Assembly (NCBI GenBank): GCA_051252135.1
Contig: JBPOGH010000001.1
Location: forward strand, 32,001 to 96,000
Direction: 5' to 3'
From: Verrucomicrobiaceae bacterium
Lineage (GTDB): Bacteria; Verrucomicrobiota; Verrucomicrobiia; Verrucomicrobiales; Akkermansiaceae
DNA length: 64,000 bases
Part shown: one piece after another, positions 1 through 8,614 of the stretch
Numbering within the stretch: the stretch's first letter is position 1
Layout of the letters: every line of letters starts with the position of its first letter
Program-made: the position numbers and the translations under genes
Notes under the pieces: model-generated
What the model was told of the DNA's origin: nothing
The model's database searches: none
Seen by the model: only the letters and a program-made list of their open reading frames with translations

Positions 1-82
1 TGGTTGCCGGGCCCCAGGTGATGTTGGCGGCGTGTGAAACCCCTAAGAGAAGGGTGGTTGCGAGGATGGAATGGGGAGACAT
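1..82 (-). CDS. 5' end of a secreted protein (partial, runs off the window)
   Basis: Minus strand ATG at 82 reads MSPHSILATTLLLGVSHAANITWGPAT..., a signal-peptide-like start; open to the window edge. Confidence 0.6.
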   Translation of the reverse strand, partial: MSPHSILATTLLLGVSHAANITWGPAT

Positions 83-179
83 GGTAGATGAGGGAAGATG
101 GATTTTTAAAGATGCGAGGTCACGCCGATACTGCACCTTTGAGTGCTTTTTTTCAATCGAAGTGATGCCTGATTCTCCG

Positions 180-2264
180 TTATCGAGCGGAGAGGACGAC
201 GTATTCGTGGCGGGTGACTTTGCCGTCGTTGTCTTTGTCGAAGTTTTTGAAGCGGGTCTCGAGGTTCTTGCCTTTTTGTCCGGCGAGGTATTCTTCGAGG
301 GTGAGAATGTCGTCCTTGTTGGTGTCCCATTTATCGAAGGGGGCGTTGCGATCTCCTTTTGTTTTCGCCTTTTTCTTGGGAGCTTCGGTCTGTTTATGGT
401 CGGCGACCGCGATGGCTGCTTCGTAGTAGGATTTGGTTCGCTTTTTGCCGACGACCTCGGGGTAGCTGCGGAGGAAGTTGTTTTCGTCGATGAGGTTGAG
501 GTAGAAATGGGTGGTTCCTTTGGGGAGTTCTGCAGTGACCTTGTTGTTGTCCTTGAGACTGGCTGAGGTGCGGAACCATTCCTCGTAGCGCTCGCCGCCA
601 TTGAGGGTATAGATGAGGTCGGCGCGGGCGACTTTGGCTCCGTTTTCCTGGTAGGTGAACTCGACGGTTTGGTCGGTGCGGAGGTGAGTGAGCACGGTGG
701 GGACCTTTTCTTTGTTGGGTAAGGCGGCTCCGGTGGCGGGATTGTAGTAGGGGTAGCTGGCCTTCATCTCTTCGAGGATTTCGGTGAGACGTTGGTTCAT
801 GGCGGCGGTTTTTTCGGGGTGGGCTGCGGCGATGTTTTTGGCTTCCTCAAAGTCGACGCGCTTCTGCTCATCGCCGCTGGTTTCGTAGAGGCGGAAGAGT
901 TCGAGCTCGGGAGATTCGGGATTGAGGAGGTGGTCGTAGTTCCGGATGAGCTTGAAATCGCCGATGCGGATGGTGCTTTCAAGTGCGCCGCCGTGGGGGA
1001 AGTGCCACATCATGGTGTCGCGTGGGGAGCCATCGGGGTTCTTGACGAGCTTGGGGTCGCGTGGGTTTTCGGTGAGGAGGGGAAGGAGGTTGAGGCCGTC
1101 GAGTTGTTTGTCTTCGGGGCGGGGGGTGCCGGTCATGGCGAGAATGGTGGGGTAGAAATCGAGTCCGTTGGCCATGACCTCGGTCTGGACGCCGGCGGGG
1201 ATACCGGGGCCGGTGATGATGAGGGGGACGCGGGTGCCGCCTTCTTTGGCGGAGATTTTTCCGCGATCGAGCGGATTGTTATCGGTGTAGCGCTCTTTTG
1301 GGCCGCCTTCCATGCCGCCGTTATCGGAGGTGAAAATGAGGTAGGTGTTTTCGCTGAGCTTGTGACCGGGCCAGCGTGGGTCCTCGGTGGTTTCGAGGTA
1401 GGTGATGACGGTGCCGAGGTAGTAGTCGAGTTCCTCGACCATGGAGCCGTAGAAGGGATTTTTTTGACCGGGGGTTTCTTTCTTCGGTGGGCTTTGGGGA
1501 TCGGTTCCCATGCGCCCGGTGTATTTATTGAGGAGGGCTTCGGAGCGGGTCTGAATGGGTGAATGGACGAGCCAGGTGGCATAGAAGAGGAAGAAAGGGT
1601 CGCCTTTGTTCTCCTTTACGAAGGTGAGTGCGTCCTCGTTGGTCTGGTGACGGGGGAAGCCATTTTCATCGAGGCGGTAGGGGTCGTCCTCGGCAGTGGT
1701 GGCGAATTCCGCGAGGCGATCTTTCATGCCGGTGCGCGCGCCGCGGCTGGCTTCGCTGTAGTCAAAGCCCATGTCTTTGGGCTGCGGGAAGGCGTGGTGA
1801 TCGATGGCCATGTGCCATTTCCCGGAGTGGCCGGTGGTGTAGCCGTTCTTTTTCAATGCACGGGTGATGGTGAATTCATCGGCAGGGATTCTTCCGCTAT
1901 ACCATGGGTCCATCATGCGGCTGTTTTTGCTGAGGGGGGTGGGAGGCGCTCCACCTACGACGTGTGTTTTTTGAGCGCGGGCGGGGTGGTTTCCGCTGAC
2001 GATGGCGCAGCGCGAGGGGGCGCAGGTGGGTGCGGGGGAGTAGGCCTGCCAGAACATGACGCCTTTTTTTGCGAGAGCGTCGATGTTGGGGGTTTCGTAG
2101 GGTGAGGGGTCGTCGATGTCGTAGCATTTGACGTCCTGCCAGCCGAGGTCGTCGGTGAAGAGGAGGACGATGTTGGGCTTGGCGGGGCGGGTGTCGTCGG
2201 CGTGCAGCAGGGAGATCGCCGAGGTGAGAGCGATAACGATGGCAGGGAGAAGGTTATTCTGCAT
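180..2264 (-). CDS. Secreted S1 sulfatase with C-terminal EF-hand pair
   Basis: Signal peptide MQNNLL..., PNIVLLFTDDLG, CAPSR motif, GKWH, SDNGG; C-terminal DTNKDDILTLEE and DKDNDGKVTRHE EF-hand loops. Start moved to ATG 2264. Confidence 0.92.
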   Translation of the reverse strand: MQNNLLPAIVIALTSAISLLHADDTRPAKPNIVLLFTDDLGWQDVKCYDIDDPSPYETPNIDALAKKGVMFWQAYSPAPTCAPSRCAIVSGNHPARAQKTHVVGGAPPTPLSKNSRMMDPWYSGRIPADEFTITRALKKNGYTTGHSGKWHMAIDHHAFPQPKDMGFDYSEASRGARTGMKDRLAEFATTAEDDPYRLDENGFPRHQTNEDALTFVKENKGDPFFLFYATWLVHSPIQTRSEALLNKYTGRMGTDPQSPPKKETPGQKNPFYGSMVEELDYYLGTVITYLETTEDPRWPGHKLSENTYLIFTSDNGGMEGGPKERYTDNNPLDRGKISAKEGGTRVPLIITGPGIPAGVQTEVMANGLDFYPTILAMTGTPRPEDKQLDGLNLLPLLTENPRDPKLVKNPDGSPRDTMMWHFPHGGALESTIRIGDFKLIRNYDHLLNPESPELELFRLYETSGDEQKRVDFEEAKNIAAAHPEKTAAMNQRLTEILEEMKASYPYYNPATGAALPNKEKVPTVLTHLRTDQTVEFTYQENGAKVARADLIYTLNGGERYEEWFRTSASLKDNNKVTAELPKGTTHFYLNLIDENNFLRSYPEVVGKKRTKSYYEAAIAVADHKQTEAPKKKAKTKGDRNAPFDKWDTNKDDILTLEEYLAGQKGKNLETRFKNFDKDNDGKVTRHEYVVLSAR

Positions 2265-2576
2265 AGCTGGGAGTTTTGGAGAGAGTGAGAGAATGATTTT
2301 TACGCTGAAGCGAGGGAATGTATCGCCTGAGGAAGAGTGTTGGGTGTCAGCCGTCAACGAGAAATTTATTATGCGCTCAGAGGAGAGTTCGATTCCAGCG
2401 GGAGGTGGATGTGGGTTTTAGAGAGGAGGGTGAGGGGGCTGATTTGATAGGTACGGGGTGAAAGAGCCGAGTGGGTAGGTGATGGTTAGGGAGGGAGTGG
2501 GTTTTGAGGAGGTTTCTTGGGTTCCGCGGCGGTGATGAGGAGACTGACGAGCGGCACTTTTTTCAGGAAGCGGGGG

Positions 2577-3932
2577 CTATTTTGGTTGAGTGGCGGGGGA
2601 GAGGGCGGGGTCGTCCAGATCGAGGCGATAGAGGATTTGGTTGTAGTCGTAGCGCGGGGTTTTGACGGGGGATTTGGAGAAGAAGGTGGTGTAGGTGCCC
2701 TCGAAGATGAGGACGGGGCTGTTGGCGGGTGAGAGGTCGGGGTGGATGCGGGGGTTGTAGAAGGTGTAGGTGGCGTGGCTGAGGATCTTGATGGCGGGGC
2801 CCCAGGGGCCGGTGGGTTGGGAGGCTTCGGCATACCAGAGCTGGCCGAGGGGGGAGGGGTTTCCGTGGAGTTGGGTGAAGACAGTGAGCCATTTTTTGCG
2901 GTAGGAATTCCAGACGATGGAACCGCGGTGGGGTTTGATGGTTGAGCCGTCGGTGGTGGTTACTTTTTGCTGGGGGGTGAGGTGTTCCCATTGGGCGGGG
3001 TCTTGCCAGGCTTCGAAGGTGGCGGGGACGCGGAGGGTGGGGAAGGGATCGCCGAAGTAGGCCCACCTTTGGCCATCGGGGTGGGTGTGGATGACGGGGT
3101 GGCCGTTTGGTGCGGGCGGAGGTTTGGGTAAGTCGGGATGGTGATCCCAGAGGACTTTGAGGGTTTCGAAGTTTTGGGTGTCTTCGTTCCAGTGGCAGAG
3201 GCCGAGTTGGTAGACGTCGAGGAAGTTTCGGATCTTGGCGAAGGTGGCGACGAGGTGGGGGGTGTCGTTTTTGTCGGGGAGAGAGAGGTAGCCGCCGAGC
3301 CAGGTGGGGCCATCGCCGGGGAGTTGGGCGACAGGGCGGGGGGTGCCATCGGGGGCGCGGAAGTAGTGGAGGGGGAGTTTGAGGGGAGGCTCGAGGGATT
3401 TGAGGGGAGAGGGCGCGGTGGTGGCGCTGGTCATGTGGAAGATGCCGAGGGGGTAGGGGGCGAGATTGGAGTCGCCCCAAGCCCAGAATTTTTTCCCGCG
3501 ATGGAGGGTGGTTTGGATGCTATCGCAGCCGAAGATGCCGCTTTCTTTCCAGTCGAGGTGTTGGCCGAGTTTTTGGCTTTCGGCGAAGAGGCCGGCACCG
3601 GTGAGGCGGCCGAGGCGTTTGGCGATGATGGTGCGGTCGACTTTGATTTGATGTGTGCCGTCGGTGGTGGGTGTGATGCGGAAGCCGCGGTAGCCGAAGC
3701 CATCGGCGGGGAGTTGGTAGCCATCGCTGGTGAGGGTGAACCAGGTTTCGCGGTCGAGGAGATCGGGGGCATCGATGGCAATGAGTCCGGCGTTGTCGGT
3801 GACGAAGGTGAGGTTGTGGGTGGTGGTGAGTTGGACGAGGGGGACGGGCCAGTTGTTCTCGCGGTCGACGATTTGGATTTGGAAGGGTTTGGCGAAGACG
3901 ACGGTGGGGAGGAGGAAGAGGAGTCGTTTCAT
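2577..3932 (-). CDS. Secreted hypothetical protein (possible beta-propeller, DUF4185-like)
   Basis: 451-aa ORF with signal peptide MKRLLFLLPTVVFA; Trp/Gly/Pro-rich C-terminal region (WYAEASQPTGPWG, YTFYNPRIHP). Fold is inference. Confidence 0.75.
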   Translation of the reverse strand: MKRLLFLLPTVVFAKPFQIQIVDRENNWPVPLVQLTTTHNLTFVTDNAGLIAIDAPDLLDRETWFTLTSDGYQLPADGFGYRGFRITPTTDGTHQIKVDRTIIAKRLGRLTGAGLFAESQKLGQHLDWKESGIFGCDSIQTTLHRGKKFWAWGDSNLAPYPLGIFHMTSATTAPSPLKSLEPPLKLPLHYFRAPDGTPRPVAQLPGDGPTWLGGYLSLPDKNDTPHLVATFAKIRNFLDVYQLGLCHWNEDTQNFETLKVLWDHHPDLPKPPPAPNGHPVIHTHPDGQRWAYFGDPFPTLRVPATFEAWQDPAQWEHLTPQQKVTTTDGSTIKPHRGSIVWNSYRKKWLTVFTQLHGNPSPLGQLWYAEASQPTGPWGPAIKILSHATYTFYNPRIHPDLSPANSPVLIFEGTYTTFFSKSPVKTPRYDYNQILYRLDLDDPALSPATQPK

Positions 3933-4110
3933 GGGGGTGGGTTAGGATACGGTGCCTTTTGTGGGAGTCTTAGTATTGATTGGTGGTGTTTGAGGGTTTG
4001 GGGCTTGGATGTTGACAGGTGGTTTGGGTGATTTTTACTATCTCCAATACCTGCGAAGGGTTGAATTGGGCGACGTGCCCGTACCCAGGTTTGCGGGGCT
4101 GTGTTCTGCG

Positions 4111-4785
4111 ATGAAAGCTCCGCCCATCTTTGCTCCAACGTTTCACGGTGATGTTGTGAGGGTTCGGGAGCTCCTTGAAGCGGATCCTGAACTGATTTCA
4201 GCAAGAAATGCAAAAGACCTCACGCCTCTTCACGTTGCGGCGAGTCGGGGTCAGGCTGAGGTGGTGCAGGTGTTACTTGATTACGGGGCCGATGTTCATG
4301 GGCCGACGGAGAAGGGGGAGTGGACACCCATCGTTTATGCGGCCTACCGGGGGCATTTGGAAGCGGTTGAGATTTTGGTCGAGAATGGCGCGGGGGTTAC
4401 CGAAGGGGACGGCAATCCGATTCATTTTGCGGGGCAGCGGAGGCATCGAGAGATTTGCCGGTTGTTGGTGGAGCATGGCGCGGTTGATGATCTTGTGGTG
4501 TCGACGGATGTGGATCAGCTTCGATTGTTTCGAGCGGCGTATGGGTATGATGCCGATCTGGTCGAAGAAATTCTCACGCGTCGTCCAACGCTTGTTGAGG
4601 CACGAGATCGAAATGGTCGGACCCCGCTGCATGAAGCTTGCACCAACGGGGATATCAAAACCGTTCGGGTTTTGCTGAAGTATGGTGCTAACGTAGAGGC
4701 TTTGGATCGTAGGAAAGAGAGGCCGCTGGATCGGGCTTTGGCTCATCGGCAACATGCGGTTGCCAAGCTGTTAAAGAAAGAGTGA
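4111..4785 (+). CDS. Ankyrin repeat protein
   Basis: Repeated TPLHVAA/TPIVYAA/NPIHFAG/TPLHEAC ... LL..GADV motifs; likely start ATG 4111. Confidence 0.9.
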   Translation: MKAPPIFAPTFHGDVVRVRELLEADPELISARNAKDLTPLHVAASRGQAEVVQVLLDYGADVHGPTEKGEWTPIVYAAYRGHLEAVEILVENGAGVTEGDGNPIHFAGQRRHREICRLLVEHGAVDDLVVSTDVDQLRLFRAAYGYDADLVEEILTRRPTLVEARDRNGRTPLHEACTNGDIKTVRVLLKYGANVEALDRRKERPLDRALAHRQHAVAKLLKKE

Positions 4786-4825
4786 GTGGGGTTTTGGTTT
4801 GGGAATCGGTGAAGAAGGTGGTGGA

Positions 4826-4965
4826 GGTGAGATTGAATCGGGGGGCGGGGGTCAAGGGAGGGGCGTGTGATTCTCGCGACCCTTCAGGTCGCTGTGTTTT
4901 GGCGATGGGGGATCCCATGGCTGAAGCCATGGGCTTTGTTGTGATGAGCTTTCCGCTCTTTGGGA
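4826..4965. repeat. ~140-bp tri-hairpin REP-like element, copy 1
   Basis: Hairpins GCGACC-cttca-GGTCGC, CCCATGGC-tgaa-GCCATGGG, GAGC-tttcc-GCTC; closely similar direct copy at 5620-5761. Confidence 0.85.
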
Positions 4966-5180
4966 TGCCGACAGCGATGCTCGGGGGGCGCGGAGGCTTC
5001 GTTGGAGGGTTTGCGATCATTGGTCATGAAGGAGCCGCAGCTGCATTGAAGGGATGGATGTTGACAGTGGGTATTGAGGATTTGTAGTGTGGCGGGAGCT
5101 TGTTAAAGGAAAATCGGAGTATCGTATTTATGGTTCGTAAGTCTGAGCGATTCCTATCATTTGTTAAAAATTATAAGACC

Positions 5181-5537
5181 ATGAAGCACATTACCTCTAT
5201 CATTCTGGCGATATTCCTTTCGAGCTTTGCGTCAGCTGCTCCCAGGGGAGAGAGGATTGATGGCCCAATTAAAGGGGTGCTGTTAGCTGGCGTTAAAGAC
5301 GGGAATGAGATTTCCGAGGGGGTTGTGTTCCTTGCTGACGATGGCGTGATTTTCGCAGCTGATTCAGCAACAATTGGTCCTGATGGCAAGAGTATCACTT
5401 TTAAGGGAAAGCCCTTTTTTGTGAAGGAAGGAACGAGAATTCATGCTGATGAACTTGGCGAGTGGATGCGTCTTACGGTCAAGGGGGAGGTGAAAACCAG
5501 TAAGGGCAAGTGGCAGATGGTGATTCCTAAAAAATAG
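5181..5537 (+). CDS. Small secreted hypothetical protein (possibly LptA/OstA-like beta strands)
   Basis: ATG 5181 MKHITSIILAIFLSSFASA signal peptide; AT-richer than flanks; lies between the two repeat copies. Confidence 0.7.
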   Translation: MKHITSIILAIFLSSFASAAPRGERIDGPIKGVLLAGVKDGNEISEGVVFLADDGVIFAADSATIGPDGKSITFKGKPFFVKEGTRIHADELGEWMRLTVKGEVKTSKGKWQMVIPKK

Positions 5538-5619
5538 GGCGAATAGCAAAGCTTGTTGCTGAGTGATTTTTGAATTTATCGGCGATTACAGGTCGTTCGT
5601 TTGCGGGCGGGATTGGGTG

Positions 5620-5761
5620 GGTGAGATTGAATCGGGGGGGGCGGGGATCAAGGGAGGGGCGTGCGGTTCTCGCGACCCTGTAGGTCGCTGTTTTCCGGTG
5701 ATGGGGGAACCTATGGCTGAAGCCATGGGCTTTGATCTGTCGAGCTTTCAGCTCTTTGGGA
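5620..5761. repeat. ~140-bp tri-hairpin REP-like element, copy 2
   Basis: GGTGAGATTGAATCGGGG...GCGACC-ctgta-GGTCGC...CCTATGGCTGAAGCCATGGG...GAGCTTTCAGCTCTTTGGGA; aligns with 4826-4965. Confidence 0.85.
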
Positions 5762-5792
5762 AGGGAGGGCGGGGAGGCGGGTGTGCCGGGGT

Positions 5793-7370
5793 TTATTTTT
5801 TGGCTTTGGGGAGGCCGATCTTGCAGTAGGGCGGGAAGTCGAATTGGTCGCCGTGGAGGCGGGGGTCGTGGTGGGTGGTGAGCTCGGCGAAGAGTTGGGC
5901 GCGGAGGGCTGAGCGGGTGGCTTCGAGGTGGGGATCGCGGGCGAGGTTCTTCATTTGGTGGGGGTCGTTTTTGAGGTCGTAGAGTTCCTCGGTGGGACGG
6001 GGGCCGAAGCCGAGATTCCAGTGGAGTTGGTATTTCGGGTTGTTGCGGTTTTGGACGAAGAAGGCTTTGGTGGGGCCGGCGTCGACATCGGCGTAAGTGA
6101 CGCGAGTGTTGTTGGCGAGTTGGTCGAAGGTGAGGGGTTCGTTTTCGGCGAGTTTAAGGAGGTCGCCCATGGCTTCGCGCTCGGCCTTGAAGTTGACGAT
6201 GTAGAGGTGGTCGGCGGTGCGGATGGCGCGCATGGGATAGGGAAGTTCGAGGGCGCGGGCGGACTCGACGTGGACCTCGCGGCCGATGAGGGCCCAGGAG
6301 CGGAGGTTGGAGTGGTCGCCTGACTTGAGTGCGGGGAGGAGGTTTTCGCCGTGCATGGAATCGGCTTTTTGAAGGCCGCCGGCTGCAAGGAAGGTGGGGG
6401 CGAGGTCGATGAGGGAGATGGGCTTTTCGATGACCTGGGCGGGCTTGATGTGGTCGGGCCAGCGGGCGGCGAAGAGGACGCGGGCTCCGAAATCGTAGCA
6501 ATTGGTTTTTCCGCGAGGGAAGCCGGGTGCTCCGTGGTCGCCCGAGATGACGATGAGGGTGTTGTCGTATTCGCCGGTCTTTTTGAGCTCTTCAATGAGG
6601 ACGCGGCAGCATTCATCGAAGGCCATGGTTTCGCCGAGGTAGTCGGCCATGTCCTCGCGGATGACGGGGACGTCGGGGAGGAAGGGCGGGAGTTTTACTT
6701 TCAGTTGGTCGGGGTCGAGGTTCCAGAGTTTTTTGCCGGATCCCTTGATCCACTTGCGGTGGGTGTTGGTGGGGTGGAAGTGGTAGAGGAAGGGTTGGCC
6801 TTCCTTGCGGGCAGCGAGGAAGGATTGGAAGTTGGCGCGGCATTCCCGGTAGAGTCGCTCTTTGGCGGCGTCGATGTTTTTGGCGGCTGAGACGTTTTGG
6901 GAGAAGCCGTTGACCCTGCGTCCGGCTTTGTTGAAGGAGGGGCCGAAGGTTTCGCCTTTGACGTGGTTTTTATGGGTGAGGCCGATGTGGTAGCCGGACT
7001 CTTCGAGGAGTTTGGCGTAGCCTTTGATGTTGTTCCAGGGGTCGGTTTCGTCGGGGCCGTGCCAGCGGTGGTGGAGCTGGGAGCAGGAGCCGTTGGTGAA
7101 GAAGTGGCGGCCTGAGATGAGGGCGGCGCGGCAGGGGGAGCAGGAGGGGGCGGAGACGAAGGCGTTGGTGGCGAGGGCTCCTTCGCTCGCGAGCTTGTCG
7201 AAGGTGGGAGTAGAGAGGAGGTCGTTGACGGAAGGGGTGTCTTTTGAGCGGTAGGCGGAGGCGTAGCGGCCGAGGTCATCGGCGAAGAGGAAGAGGATGT
7301 TGGGGCGCTTGGCGGTGTCCGCGAAGCCGGGGTTGATGAGCGCGAGGGTGAGGAGGAGGATGCGTTTCAT
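5793..7370 (-). CDS. Secreted S1 sulfatase (N-sulfoglucosamine sulfohydrolase-like)
   Basis: Signal peptide, RPNILFLFADDLG, CSPCR motif, GDHG..FPRGK, YPMRAIRT, EELYDL..DP. Confidence 0.92.
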   Translation of the reverse strand: MKRILLLTLALINPGFADTAKRPNILFLFADDLGRYASAYRSKDTPSVNDLLSTPTFDKLASEGALATNAFVSAPSCSPCRAALISGRHFFTNGSCSQLHHRWHGPDETDPWNNIKGYAKLLEESGYHIGLTHKNHVKGETFGPSFNKAGRRVNGFSQNVSAAKNIDAAKERLYRECRANFQSFLAARKEGQPFLYHFHPTNTHRKWIKGSGKKLWNLDPDQLKVKLPPFLPDVPVIREDMADYLGETMAFDECCRVLIEELKKTGEYDNTLIVISGDHGAPGFPRGKTNCYDFGARVLFAARWPDHIKPAQVIEKPISLIDLAPTFLAAGGLQKADSMHGENLLPALKSGDHSNLRSWALIGREVHVESARALELPYPMRAIRTADHLYIVNFKAEREAMGDLLKLAENEPLTFDQLANNTRVTYADVDAGPTKAFFVQNRNNPKYQLHWNLGFGPRPTEELYDLKNDPHQMKNLARDPHLEATRSALRAQLFAELTTHHDPRLHGDQFDFPPYCKIGLPKAKK

Positions 7371-7417
7371 GTGAGGGGAAGATTTAGCGGAAAGGGAGAG
7401 AGTTGGAAGGAAAGAGC

Positions 7418-8374
7418 CTATTTGGGGTTTGTGAGGCTGATCTTTTCGCTGCGGTATTTTTTCCAGAGTTCGTCGAGGCGGGTGGTGATTTCATCTTGGG
7501 TGCCGACGATGAGCCAGTAGCGGTAGGAAAGGGTAGATTGGGGGCCGAGGTTGACGAAGGCGACGGGGGCGATGTGGGTGCAGGGGCCGGCGGCGGGGTC
7601 CTGGGTTTTGCCGGCGCCATGGGGGCCGAAGTTCCATGATTTGGCATCGGGGCTGAAGATGGCGATGCCCTGGCCGTTGGCGGAGAAGGCGGCCATGGCG
7701 TTGCGGGGGGAGGTGGTGACGCCCCAGGGTGGTCCGATGGGTTGGGTGACGGTCTGCCAGTTGCCGTCGCCCTGGTAGGTTTTGAAGGTGTCGAAATTTC
7801 GGGTGAAGTAGCAGGCGGGGACTTCCTGGGGGCTGCGGTGGGCGGGGCCCCAGCGGTCGTTTGGCTGGCGGGAGCAGACGAGTTCGTTTTTGACGACGAC
7901 GACATTGGGCATGTCGGGCTCGAAGGCGGTCCATTGGCGCATGAGGGCTTCGGCTTCCTCATCATGCATGTCCCAGAGCTTGGGGACGGTTTCGGCGAAG
8001 AGGGTGTTGGCCTTTATGTCCTTGGTGAAGGTGGTGACGCGGGCCCAGGAGCCGACGCCTCCGCCTTGAATGGGGTTCCAGCTCCAGGGGCTCCAGGCTT
8101 TGTGTTGGCCGTCGGCCTGGCGGTCGAGACGTTTTCCGGCGTAGTAGGATTGCTGGATGAGGCGGCCGGGGTCGGTGGAGTTGATGGTGTTTTTATGGTC
8201 GTTCTCGGACCAGGAAAGGTGGGTGATGGAAGCGCCCATGGCCTTGTCGATGCCGATGCGGAGGGTGGGGTTCTCGATGGTGAGGAGCTCCTTGGGCGGG
8301 CGTTGGAGAGGGGTGGATTCTTGGGCGGAGAGGTGGGAGGCGAGGAGAAAGAGCAGGGCGCGCAGGAGGGGCAT
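7418..8374 (-). CDS. Secreted hypothetical protein
   Basis: 318-aa ORF with signal peptide, Trp-rich, genome-typical codon usage; upstream of a sulfatase on the same strand. Confidence 0.8.
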   Translation of the reverse strand: MPLLRALLFLLASHLSAQESTPLQRPPKELLTIENPTLRIGIDKAMGASITHLSWSENDHKNTINSTDPGRLIQQSYYAGKRLDRQADGQHKAWSPWSWNPIQGGGVGSWARVTTFTKDIKANTLFAETVPKLWDMHDEEAEALMRQWTAFEPDMPNVVVVKNELVCSRQPNDRWGPAHRSPQEVPACYFTRNFDTFKTYQGDGNWQTVTQPIGPPWGVTTSPRNAMAAFSANGQGIAIFSPDAKSWNFGPHGAGKTQDPAAGPCTHIAPVAFVNLGPQSTLSYRYWLIVGTQDEITTRLDELWKKYRSEKISLTNPK

Positions 8375-8470
8375 GGAGAGGTTACGTGGGGGGAGCGGGG
8401 GATTTAGCAGGGAATGGGTGAGGGTTGGTCGTGGGAGAGTGGAGATCTATTGGCCTGCGTGAGGTTGTGT

Positions 8471-8551
8471 CGCCCTACAGGGCTTGGGGTTGTGGACAGG
8501 CGAGTAACCCAGGGCGGTGCCCCGGGCTTCGTTATTTTGCTCCTTTGGGGC
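8471..8551. repeat. Tri-hairpin REP-like element (distant relative of 4826/5620)
   Basis: GCCC-taca-GGGC, CCCAGGGC-ggt-GCCCCGGG, GCTCC-tttg-GGGC in the same order as in the other copies. Confidence 0.6.
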
Positions 8552-8559
8552 GGGAGGAG

Positions 8560-8608
8560 GAATTAGGAATTAAGAATTAAGAATGGGGAATGGGGAATGG
8601 GGAATGGG
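8560..8608. repeat. Heptamer tandem repeat: (GAATTAR)x3 then (GAATGGG)x4
   Basis: Seven 7-bp units read directly. Confidence 0.9.
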
Positions 8609-8614
8609 GAGGGG

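Noticed and set aside
4826..5761. Integron attC cassette or IS element
   Set aside because: No clear RYYYAAC...GTTRRRY ends, terminal inverted repeats, transposase or integrase; kept only as a REP-like repeat.
8560..8608. Possible CRISPR array
   Set aside because: Simple 7-bp tandem units with no spacers and no cas genes.
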